Shown here in pieces: positions 49,253 to 60,889 of a DNA stretch of 64,000 nt. This stretch comes from Heptranchias perlo (Eukaryota). A program made the translations under genes and the position numbers. Below the pieces are notes generated by a model that saw nothing but the letters and a program-made list of their open reading frames with translations, made no database searches and had not been told where the DNA came from. The stretch's first letter is position 1. Every line of letters begins with the position of its first letter. Location of the stretch: the NCBI RefSeq assembly GCF_035084215.1, contig NC_090336.1, forward strand, positions 23,622,001 to 23,686,000, written 5' to 3'.

Positions 49253-52200
49253 TGTAAGAATATTGGAAATAGGGAAAAATTGACATTTTTTCTTAATGCT
49301 ACTAACCATCATGCTCTGCAGGTTGTGCTGCATATTTTGCTGAGCGTGTGGCTTATTTTGGTGAATTGTAAACTGTTAACTTTTGACTAGTGACTAGTGA
49401 ATCACTGTGAGGCAAGGCAGCTATGTGGTAAAAAAGGAACAATGACCCAAAAAGCAGAACAATAATCCAAAGATAATGATAAGACCAGGACAGTGACGAG
49501 ATAGCTAGACGAGTGTGGTCAAATAAACTGGCCATCTTGAGAAACAACTTGCAAAGGGTCTTGAGGTTAGATGAATAATGTTACAACAAGCTGACCATCT
49601 TGAATTCTTCAAAAAAAACAACTTTGTTAATCTAAGAACCTTATGAATAACAATAGTATAGTGGTTATGTTACTGGGCTAATAATCCAGAGGCCTGGACT
49701 AAAATCCAGAGTCATGAGTTCAAATCCCGCCACGGCAGCTGGCGAATTTAAATTCAATTAAATTCAATTAATTACAATTAAAAAAAATCTGGAATTAAAA
49801 TACTAGTATCAGTAATGATGGCCATGAAACTACCGGATTGTCGTAAAAACCCATCTGGTTCACTAATGTCCTTTAGGGAAGGAAGCCTGCCGCCCTTACC
49901 CGGTCTGGCCTATATGTGACTCCAGACCCACAGCAATGTGGTTGATTCTTAATTGCCCTCTGAAATGGCCTAGCAAGCCACTCAGTTGTAAAATCTCGCT
50001 ACGAAAAGTCATAATAAGAATAAAACCGGACGGACCACCCGGCATCGGACCACTAGGCACCGGACACGACAACGGCAAAACACCAAGCCCAGTCGACCCT
50101 GCAAGGTCCTCCTTACTAACATCTGGGGACTTGTGCCAAAATTGGGAGAGCTGTCCCACAGACTAGTCAAGCAACAGCCTGACATAGCCATACTCACAGA
50201 ATCATATCTTTCAGCCAACGTCCCAGAATCTTCCATCACCATCCCTGGGTATGTCCTGTCCCACCGGCAGGACAGACCCACCAGAGGTGGCGGTACAGTG
50301 ATATACAGTCAGGAGGGAGTGGCCCTGGGAGTCCTCAACATTGACTCTGGACCCCATGAAATCTCATGGCATCAGGTCAAACATGGGCAAGGAAACCTCC
50401 TGCTGATTACCACCTACCGTCCTCCCTCAGCTGATGAATCAGTCCTCCTCCATGTTGAACACCACTTGGAGGAAGCACTGAGGGTAGCAAGGGCACAAAA
50501 TGTACTCTGGGTGGGGGACTTCAACGTCCATCACCAAGAGTGGCTCGGTAGCACCACTACTGACCGAGCTGGCCGAGTCCTGAAGGACATAGCTGCCAGA
50601 CTGGGCCTGCGGCAGGTGGTGAGCGAACCAACACGAGGGAAAAGCTTACTTGACCTCGTCCTCACCAATCTACCTGTCGCAAATACATCTGTCCATGACA
50701 GTATTGGTAGGAGTGACCACCGCACAGTCCTCGTGGAGATGAAATCCTGTCTTCGCACTGAGGACACCATCCAACGTGTTGTGTGGCACTACCACCGTGC
50801 TAAATGGGACAGATTCAGAACAGATCTGGCAGCTCAAAACTGGGCATCCATGAGGCGCTGTGGGCCATCAGCAGCAGCAGAATTGTATTCCAGCACAATC
50901 TGTAACCTCATGGCCCGGCATATTCCTCACTCTACCATTACCAACAAGCCAGGGGATCAACCCTGGTTCAATGAGGAGTGTAGAAGAGCATGTCAGGAGC
51001 AGCACCAGGCGTACCTAAAAATGAGGTGCCAACCTGGTGAAGCTACAACTCAGGACTACATGCATGCTAAACAGCGGAAGCAACATGCTATAGACAGAGC
51101 TAAGCGATTCCACAACCAACGGATCAGATCAAAGCTCTGCAGTCCTGCCACATCCAGTCGTGAATGGTGGTGGACAATTAAACAACTAACGGGAGGAGGA
51201 GGCTCTGCAAACATCCCCATTCTCAATGATGGCGGAGTCCAGCACGTGAGTGCAAAAGACAAGGCTGAAGCGTTTGCAACCATCTTCAGCCAGAAGTGCC
51301 GAGTGGATAATCCATCTCAGCCTCCTCCCGATATCCCCACCATCACGGAAGCCAGTCTTCGGCCAATTCGATTCACTCCACGTGATATCAAGAAACGGCT
51401 AAGTGCACTGGATACAGCAAAGGCTATGGGCCCCGACAACATCCCAGCTGTAGTGCTGAAGACTTGTGCTCCAGAACTAGCTGCGCCTCTAGCCAAGCTG
51501 TTCCAGTACAGCTACAACACTGGCATCCACCCGACAATGTGGAAAATTGCCCAGGTATGTCCTGTCCACAAAAAGCAGGACAAATCCAATCCGGCCAATT
51601 ACCGCCCCATCAGTCTACTCTCAATCATCAGCAAAGTGATGGAAGGTGTCGTCGACAGTGCTATCAAGCGGCACTTACTCACCAATAACCTGCTCACCGA
51701 TGCTCAGTTTGGGTTCCGCCAGGACCACTTGGCTCCAGACCTCATTACAGCCTTGGTCCAAACATGGACAAAAGAGCTGAATTCCAGAGGTGAGGTGAGA
51801 GTGACTGCCCTTGACATCAAGGCAGCATTTGACCGAGTGTGGCACCAAGAGCCCTAGTAAAATTGAAGTCAATGGGAATCAGGGGGAAAACTCTCCAGTG
51901 GCTGGAGTCATACCTAGCACAAAGGAAGATGGTAGTGGTTGTTGGAGGCCAAGCATCTCAGCCCCAGGGCATTGCTGCAGGAGTTCCTCAGGGCAGTGTC
52001 CTAGGCCCAACCATCTTCAGCTGCTTCATCAATGACCTTCCCTCCATCATAAGGTCAGAAATGGGGATGTTCGCTGATGACTGCACAGTGTTCAGTTCCA
52101 TTCGCAACCCCTCAGATAATGAAGCAGTCCGAGCCCGCATGCAGCAAGACCTGGACAACATCCAGGCTTGGGCTGATAAGTGGCAAGTAACATTCGCGCC

Positions 52201-53282
52201 AGATAAGTGCCAGGCAATGACCATCTCCAACAAGAGAGAGTCTAACCACCTCCCCTTGACATTCAACGGCATTACCATCGCCGAATCCCCCACCATCAAC
52301 ATCCTGGGGGTCACCATTGACCAGAAACTTAACTGGACCAGCCATATAAATACTGTGGCTACGAGAGCAGGTCAGAGGCTGGGTATTCTGCGGCGAGTGA
52401 CTCACCTCCTGACTCCCCAAAGCCTTTCCACCATCTACAAGGCACAAGTCAAGAGTGTGATGGAATACTCTCCACTTGCCTGGATGAGTGCAGCTCCAAC
52501 AACACTCAAGAAGCTCGACACCATCCAAGATAAAGCAGCCCGCTTGATTGGCACCCCATCCACCACACTAAACATTCACTCCCTTCACCACCGGCGCACA
52601 GTGGCCGCAGTGTGCACCATCCACAGGATGCACTGCAGCAACTCTCCAAGGCTTCTTCGACAGCACCTCCCAAACCCGCGACCTCTACCACCTAGAAGGA
52701 CAAGGGCAGCAGGCGCATGGGAACAACACCACCTGCACGTTCCCCTCCAAGTCACACACCATCCCGACTTGGAAATATATCGCCATTCCTTCATTGTCGC
52801 TGGGTCAAAATCCTGGAACTCCCTTCCTAACAGCACTGTGGGAGAACCTTCACCACACGGACTGCAGCGGTTCAAGAAGGCGGCTCACCACCACCTTCTC
52901 GAGGGCAATTAGGGATGGGCAATAAATGCCGGCCTTGCCAGCGACGCCCACATCCCATGAACGAATAAAAAAAAATTAAAAAAAATATGGTGTGAGGTTC
53001 CTGCCCCCAGGGGGGAGCAAAAAAACCCAACGTCTTTTGAGCTCAGGGCAGAGAAATCATCAAAGACCACCCAACTGTCAGAAGAACACTTGACTATCAG
53101 CAGGCTACCTCACTGTCGGAAAACTTGAAACAACCACGTAGCCAGTTACAAACTCTGCCCAGAGATCAAACGGGGTAATATTGATTTGATCTTTGTTGTC
53201 GAATATTTTATACTTTTACATATTTTACTGTTAATAAATGAGACATTGATTACCATTTGGTGTCACACCCGAATCTGTTACA
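49253..53282 (+). repeat. 3' LTR, split into 49253-49649 and 52985-53282 by a LINE
   Basis: The two halves are collinear with the 5' LTR (..CCTTATGAATA | ATATGGTGTGAGG..). It ends in TGTTACA followed by the TSD. Confidence 0.92.
49650..52984 (+). mobile_element. Apparently full-length single-ORF LINE (APE+RT, CR1/L2-group-like) with a tRNA-like 5' head; one frameshift at ~51850
   Basis: ORFs 50133-51857 (ILTES, YRPP, GDFNVH, SDH, YRPISLL, LDIKAAFD) and 51839-52912 (GVPQGSVLGP, FADD). A-box TAGTATAGTGG at 49654, B-box GAGTTCAAATCC at 49716, A-rich tail. Confidence 0.92.
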
Positions 53283-55540
53283 CCTTTCTCATCTCTCCCG
53301 CTCACCTCCTCCACCACTTCCTCTGTCTCCCTCCCTCTCCTCTCTCCTCCCTCCCATCTGTTAACGAATGATCTGCCTTGTCTCTAAATATAATTTGGGT
53401 TCAGGCCTGTTGAATCAGACATGACTACATACATCTTAAAATCAATTTAAGCTTTTATTTGTGGCAGACTTCAAGTATACCGGCAAAGTAGCAACATGGA
53501 CCATAGCAGCATAGGAACATTCCACTATGAGGCAACCTTACCAATCAGGACACAGTGATTATCGCGGCCCTGGGAACCACCCCAACCAAGGTTTCTTTCT
53601 TCTGTGGAAGATACACTGTAGCTCCCTGTCTAGGTGCTGACTCTCTCCCTATATACCCTTCCTTATCACTACCATGTGACGGATCTGGCTGCGACTCCCC
53701 TTTGTTTTCAGGCTTCCATTAAGTTTATTACATTTGTCTGAGCCGATGGTGCCTTTTGCTAAATTAACGCTTTGGTGTTCTTGCAATCGGTACCAATAAA
53801 CATTAATTACCTTATCACTCAGCACATGCTTTTCATCTCTGATATAACTATTTGGCCTTGGGAATCTGCTGATTCCCAGAGCTGTTGGCATCGTCTTGTC
53901 TGTCCCTAGCAGCCTTTCCACATTCCCACGCAGGCTTCACCTTGATTAACTAACACTATGTGCCCCTTCTGTGTCAAGTCAACAAACAGACTTGCTTGTA
54001 TCCCTGACTATCCTTATCTCTTTAATAGAGAACCATCCGTTCAAAAGACAATCGCAACTTTGATTAGTTGTTTTAAGATACGATGGCTGAAAGGTTATAT
54101 TATGGTGCTTAACAGCCAGGAGCTGAGAATTGACACTACTACAATGTAACAAATCACTGGCAGTATTACATTAACAAACTTCATTAAATCACTTAATTTG
54201 AGCTGCATAAATCCCTGCTAGTGCCCTATTAGCCCTTTGCATACAGTTCCATTATCACCCAAAACCACCCTTTCTCCTTCTCACCACTCCCTCCCCTCAC
54301 GCCCTCGCCCTCATGCCCATCCCACTTTGTTACCCTCCCTCCTCTCTCCCTCTCTGCCATCAGCCTCTCTCTCCCCTCCTATCCTCTGTCCCTGCCTAAC
54401 ATTGTGATCAGTCTATGCTGCAATTACTCTGTTACTATGTCTGACACTTAACAGCAGCTTATTACTCGATATTTTTAGCATTTTGTACTGCTAAGATTTT
54501 CTCTTCCCACTCCTTACATAAGCAGAACTCCCTGGATATTATTAACCCATGAATTGAACCGTTTTAATGCACAGACGACTGCGTCATTTGTTTATTCACC
54601 AGTTGATCAGAACACCTTCTAGGCTGAAACCCCAGTGCTGTACAAAGGGAGTGCTGCATCTCCTAAGGTGATGCCCTGTGGACAAGACATTAAACCAGGT
54701 CCCCAACTGGTTCAGATGGTACATTTGAAGCAGAGCAGGGAACAGGTGCCAACATTTTGCCCTCAACCAACACCCACCAAAAACAGACAAACTGGTCATC
54801 TCTCTTTCTTATGTGGGATGATGTTTGTGAACCTAGATGAAGGTGATCACTGCACTTCAAAGTAATGCATTGAATGTGAAATGCTGAGATATATAAGGTG
54901 CTCTATAAGTGCAAGCCATTAGATCTTAATATGGGTACAGTTTTGTTTCACTCTATTAAAAATTGGAAAACTATCAAATACTAAATGGATCCCAGTTTCC
55001 TTACAAAGGAAGTCTTTCTCCTCATCAAAATATCAACAAGTTCAAAGGAATTTTGATCAACAATCTTCTTGTTTCATCTCTGATTCTGCAGCATCCAGCA
55101 GCGAGCTTGCTAGATGTTACTGAGCCCAATAAAGAGCTGGATTCACATCGGTCAATGGAGAATAGTGCAGGCAGGGAGGAGTTTCTGAGCCTCAGTGTGA
55201 GGGAGATGGATTAGCATAAATGAAATTATAGTTTGTAACACAGGGTGCTGGTTGGGGAGGAATGAGCGGATTTGACAGTGCCAGGGAGCCGGATGACTAT
55301 CAATGGAGATACAGTCAGTAACACGGGATACTGGCTGGGAGGAGTTACTGAGTGTCCAGATTCAGTGCTGTGAGTCAAAGAAGGAAGAGAAGAAACTGAA
55401 TTGAGAGGGCTGGCAATGTGTCCTATTCGGGAAAGGAGCTTTACCGAGCAGATTTGGCCGCAATCTCACTGGAGTGAGGTTTACTTGAAAGCTCTTACAG
55501 AAGTATCAGCCCCCAACTGGTTCGAAAGATCAGAATTGAA

Positions 55541-55670
55541 CCAATGCCTGCAAACGAGGGCTGTGACACAGCGACTTGATTGGTGCAAAAACTCTGCTGA
55601 TCTCCTCGGATACAGCATCGTATTAATGGTTAATTCTTGTCGGATGTTGCTGGGCGGGCTCGAAATATAA
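55541..55670 (+). promoter_or_regulatory. fads2 proximal promoter: CCAAT, inverted CCAAT, SRE-like element, GC box and TATA-like motif
   Basis: CCAAT at 55541, GATTGG at 55578, CTCTGCTGATC at 55592, GGGCGGG at 55652, AAATATAA at 55663. The NF-Y/NF-Y/SRE order is the known vertebrate FADS2 promoter module. Confidence 0.75.
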
Positions 55671-55751
55671 GATGAACTGCTAAAGCAAAGAGGGCAGGTA
55701 GAGGGAGAGAAAGAGAGAAGAAAAGAACGTGAAGGAAAGAGTGAGGACAGG

Positions 55752-55958
55752 ATGGGAAAAGGAGGAGAGAAAGGAGAAGAGGAGGGAGGATGCGAGAAAA
55801 AAATAGCCCTTTACACTTGGGAAGAGATTCAGAAGCACAATAGCAAGACGGACAAGTGGCTTGTGATTGATAGGGAAGTATATAACATCACTAACTGGGC
55901 CCTAAAACACCCGGGAGGGATACGGGTTATCAGTCACTATGCCGGAGAGGATGCAACG
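55752..55958 (+). CDS. fads2: Fatty acid desaturase 2 (delta-6-type) exon 1, cytochrome b5 domain; the rest of the gene lies beyond the window
   Basis: MGKGG start, [44 protein letters not shown]|gtaagg donor; 207 nt. Confidence 0.95.
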
Positions 55959-58900
55959 GTAAGGAGATCTCCTTTTCAAAAAAAAATTAAATCAAATCTA
56001 ACCATTGTCAACTTTTCTTACATTACAGAGATGCTGCATGCATGTAAAGTAAAATGCATTCCAGTGATCGAGTGAGACATTTTCTGTGCTGTATATACAA
56101 TATATTAACATCTATACTCATTCCGAATCGCTTGCAGATATCCAGGACTTTTCCAATTCTCTTCCCCATCCCTCCTGAAAGTCAATTCATCATTTGAGTT
56201 TGAGAATATTTATTGATATTCTTTTTATAATCGCGATACCATAGGCTTTTCCCTAAACATCTTGTCGACGCAGATTGTCTCGCACTTTTTTTTTTAAAAC
56301 AACAATTCTTGATTTAAGGTACGGAAGAAACACGAGTTTCTTGGCTGAGGGCCAAGGTTACTTGAGTTCAGGGATCCGAAGTTACTATCGGTCAGCTGAA
56401 TCTGGGCTATCGTTGTTGGAGGGATACCACCCTCTGAACCTGGGAGCTGCCCATCAAAAATACTCCAGGCGAGGTCAACATATGAATTACTAAATTGCTG
56501 AGGCTACTGGGGAAAATTAGAGAAGCACAATTCTTCTGAGTTATATATGGGGTGAAGAGTTTTTTTTTGAAAAATGATTAATCATAATTACTAAAGCCAC
56601 TGATTGTGGTTTTCACAAGAAAAAACTGGATGGATTCGTGGATTATAATTCCCAAAATCTCCATAGTAGTCTTGGAAAATTCAGTAATACCATGTAATAA
56701 AAATTGATTTATTCAGTCACCACAAATCAGTGGGCGGTATTATAAATGAATGCTGCTATAGAAGGCAATCCCCAAAACACTGCTAAAAATCCTGGAATCC
56801 CATTTAATAAAAACAGAATTTGACTTATTCAGTCACAGTGATCTTATAAATACTACTTAATTGGACTGCAGTTCAAATTAATAAATTAATGCTACAATAT
56901 ATTAACATCTATTCTCATTCAGAATCGATTGCAGATATCCAGGACTTTCCATTTTTTCCAATTCTCTCCCCATCTCTCCCGAAAGTGTCGACATTTTGCT
57001 GGTGTACTGTTCCAATGGTGCTAGTCAAATAGCCATTCTTGATGTGAGCTTAGACTATGAGTGTCACTGGGCCATTCAATTGTGGGGGACGATACAGCTT
57101 ATGTCCTCGCACAACATCAAAGCGAATGGACTCTCCAGCAGGATGCAGGATATTGGTTAGGATTTGCAACCCAGGCTGATTTCTGGCTCCTGAGCCAAGG
57201 CTGAGATCATCCAACACACTCTAATCTTGGAATTGAACCTGGGACGTTGTACTCTGTATGGTTCAGTCCCATGTTTAGTGGTGGATTTACATAATGAGTC
57301 ATCACAGGAGCTCAGATGCACCATTCTTCTGATAAACTGATCTGTTTAAATGTTGTTACAAGTATGCTGTGATGTCTGTTCACCCCAGGATAAATCCTGC
57401 TGCCTCTGACATGAGTTCTCTTGATACTGTGGATAGAACCTTATCATAAGGTGTTTTTACTATACTCCCAGCTCAGAAACAGCATGGGTTAGATGTAGAG
57501 TAAAGCTGCCTTTTTATTGTTCGTCAAGCGCTCTTAGCTTAGAGTAAAGCACCTCTGCTCTGCTCCAATAACATATCGAGCTTCAATCTCAAAAGACCAC
57601 TCTAGTATACCAGTGCGATATTTCCATTTTATTGTCAGCCATCCTTGCAGCCTCTTCTCGCGGAAGTGCCAATAAGGGCTGAATCATGGATAGTTTTGCA
57701 CTATGTGTCCATGCCCATTAGGGACTGCCCCAAACTCATTACACATTGGACCCTTACAACCAGCAGACTGAGCAGAATTTCATCCCATGATTCTGCAGTA
57801 GATTTGAACCCAGATTGGAGAGGTTAAAGGAGAATGTTCTAATCAACTATATCACCTATTTTCTACATGCTTCAAAAATCACTTTGAATCTTTAAATGAA
57901 TTGTAATGAATATAGATTCGGCAGACTTTCCAGCAGATTAAAGAGATTCGTTGCAAAATGATGCCTTGTAGAAGATGGGACACTGTTTGAATTGCTTTGA
58001 TGTCCAGTTTGAATTCAAATTTTTGTGCAATCGTACACCCATATATGGCCAACAATGTGCCCAATGATGTCTGATGGTTGAATTATCCAGTTATGAATGT
58101 GCTGTGGGGGGAAATAACAATTTAAAAGCTCTACCAATAGATCAATATGATACAAAGGCACCGAGAACTGAAAGGTCCTGGGTTCAAACCTTAGTCTGTG
58201 CTGAATTAACACATCCCATCCTCTCTGTCCTGTGCTGAGGTAGCTCATTGCAGCTGAGGCAGCGATAGGGATGCTGCAATTGGCCTCTGTGTCTCCTGGG
58301 TTAGGGAGGGAAAAAAGATCAAATCAAGGTTCCTTGTCCTGATAGCTGTACAGTGACTTCTCCTGGAAAGTGCACTTATGTGGATGGCAGGTAAGGACAG
58401 AATTGCCCCCTGATGTGATGCTCTCCAAGGCAAAATAGCTTGACAATATCACAGTCTGGATTTGTGTATAAAGAATGGCCACATGGATGAGATTTTTGGG
58501 GCCGACCAGTTCCTGTGCAACTATGTCCAAGTATAGATGAGCATTTTCAGGAGAATAACAGATAAAACTGAAGACAAATCCCCCCCACCCACACCCCACT
58601 ACATTTGGTTTAGTAACTGCAAACTTAAAGTTTTGCAATTTAGTTCCTGACTCCCTGCTGCCCTTTTCTCTCATCCTTTTCTGAAGGCATTTGGATATCG
58701 TTTCTCAAGCAAGTAGCTAATCTTCATGGGTGAGCACAGACTGTGAGTGTCAACAAGCTATTCAACTGTGGAGGGCATTCCAGTCAAGCTTTGTTCTGTC
58801 CTTACTCTCTTGCAATCTGAACTACAGAAGTGCCAAATGTAAAAGTATCTTAACAAGAGTATCTGTATGCAATTTCATGCAGTCAGCTTCTGTCCTTGAC

Positions 58901-58959
58901 TGATGTGCACATTTTGCAGTGGGTGGTGGTGGAGGGTGTTGGTTGGAGGTGGAGGGTGT

Positions 58960-59520
58960 TGCTGGATTGGAATTCAAAGTGAGGAAGTTATACTTCAGTT
59001 GTACAGTGTCTTGGCCAGGTCACATCTGGGAGTACCGTGTTCAGTTTTGGGCACTGAACCTCAAGAAGGAAATATTGGCCTTGGAAGGGGTACTGTGCAG
59101 ATTTACCTTAATGAACCCAGGACGTAAAGGGATAAATTATGAAGACAGGTTGCATAAGCTTGGCTTGTATTCCTTTGAGTTTAGAAGGTTGAGCGGTGAT
59201 CTAATCAAGGTATTTAAAATGTTTTCTCTGGCGGAGGAATCCAGAACAAGGGGCATAATGTTAAAATTAGAACTAGGCCATTCAGGGGTGAAATTGGGAA
59301 GCAATTTTTCACACAAAAGGTAGTGGAAATCTGGAACTCTCCCAAAAGGCTGTGGGTGCTGGGTCAATTGCATTTTCAAGACTGACATCACTAGGTTTTT
59401 GTTAGGTAAGGGAACAAAGGCAGGTAAATGGAGTCGAGGTACAGATCAGCCATGATCTAATTGAATGGTGGAACAGGCTCAAGGGGCTGAATGGCCTACT
59501 CCTGTTCCTATGTTTCTATA
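58960..59520 (+). mobile_element. CR1 3'-end fragment
   Basis: EYRVQFWALNLKKEILALEGV..EFRRLSGDLI, followed by a CR1 3' UTR ending CCTATGTTTCTAT. Confidence 0.88.
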
Positions 59521-60889
59521 ATAATCGAGAGAGACCCCTGGTTGATTTTTTTTTTCTCTCTCTCCCAAGCTGAGGGGTACTGAGACCAATTGTAACGTCC
59601 CAACTGCGACCCTATCTGAGATCGGGTAATTCAGTGAAGACCAGGAACTTGAACCTGGACCTTTTCTGGTCCGTCTGGGTCAGCTACGTGCAGCTTTTAT
59701 CAGCTGAGCAGTCTGGAAGATCTCTTTTCACTTTAACTAATGGTGTTGCTGCCCAAGGAAGAAAGTGCCAATTCAACCGATAATTAAGGGGTGGACTTGA
59801 GAAAAGTAACCAGTCATTTTGTGCATCGAATATCAGCGCGATACAGAAATGCCACATGGTGAGGCTTCCTCACACCGAATCCTCTGGGCGCACTAATGAG
59901 CCCCAAGTGAGTAGAGTTTGCTCTTCGGCAGCTGGGTCACAGCAACAGAAGGGAAGCAGAGAAAGGAGGAGTAGGAGGCTCCAGATGATTAGGCTTTTTC
60001 CTTTCAGGAGAATTTAGCATTAATGTTCGTACTCCAAACCAAAAGCTACATAACTGAGCCTAATCACCTACACTCACCTAATCAGATAATTGATACAGTC
60101 GAGACATATGTTACTTATTTTTATCTGTTACAAACTTGTTGAAAAATTGCTAAGAGATCATTGGGGTGGGGAGAACATTGGCCTTTTAAATAATTATAGT
60201 GGATCTCCTGTGATGTTGCTCACGGTAAATTGAAGGATACACTATTTTATAAGAATAGAAGTGTTATATAATGCACAGTGTATTCTGGTAGTGCTGTGTC
60301 CCTTTAAGAACATAATATCTAATTGTTATGTAAACTGCCCCACAAGCCAATTAGATTTGAATTGCTTGGTGAAGAAAGCTGTCCAAATTGGAAAATGCTT
60401 AAGTTTCAGACTGTAAGTCAGAAGCACCTGGTATTAAGTTACTGGCTTTCTTTTTTTTGTTGTATGGTTTGTGTAACAGTGTGACATCTGGAGTGTAATG
60501 GACAAACAGTGTGGTAGATGGTATATATTCCCTCATAAACTATTAAATTGAATTTCACCAGTCATCAGCTTGAGAGCTTCAGATCTCCATTTATAACATG
60601 GACTTAAACTTGTACAGTTTCTAATGAATGTGGCTTTAAAATCTGGTTCTACTGCACAAGCTTGTGCAATGATAAAATCAGATTACATCAGCAAGGAATT
60701 AGTTGATAAACTGAAAATCAAATTAGATTACGAAATTCACATATATATTGTATATTCAATTTTTTTCAAGCGTGACAAAAGATGGTGTAATAACTAATGT
60801 CTTACAAGCAATAAATATGTGTAGTCAGCAGTACGTGGATCGCTGAACTTATATTGTATGTGAGCTCTCACTCAGGTAACTGAGAACCA

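Larger units (their letters stand above)
36206..53282 (+). mobile_element. LTR retroelement / endogenous retrovirus-like provirus (gag plus three env-like modules, no pol seen) with nested insertions
   Basis: Paired LTRs starting TGTAAGAATATTGG; TSD CCTTT at 36201-36205 and 53283-53287; PBS at 36957; PPT at 49240-49250. Confidence 0.92.

Noticed and set aside
49654-49737. Functional tRNA gene
   Set aside because: A and B boxes are present, but the middle has a duplicated segment and no cloverleaf or anticodon arm. It is the head of a retroposon.
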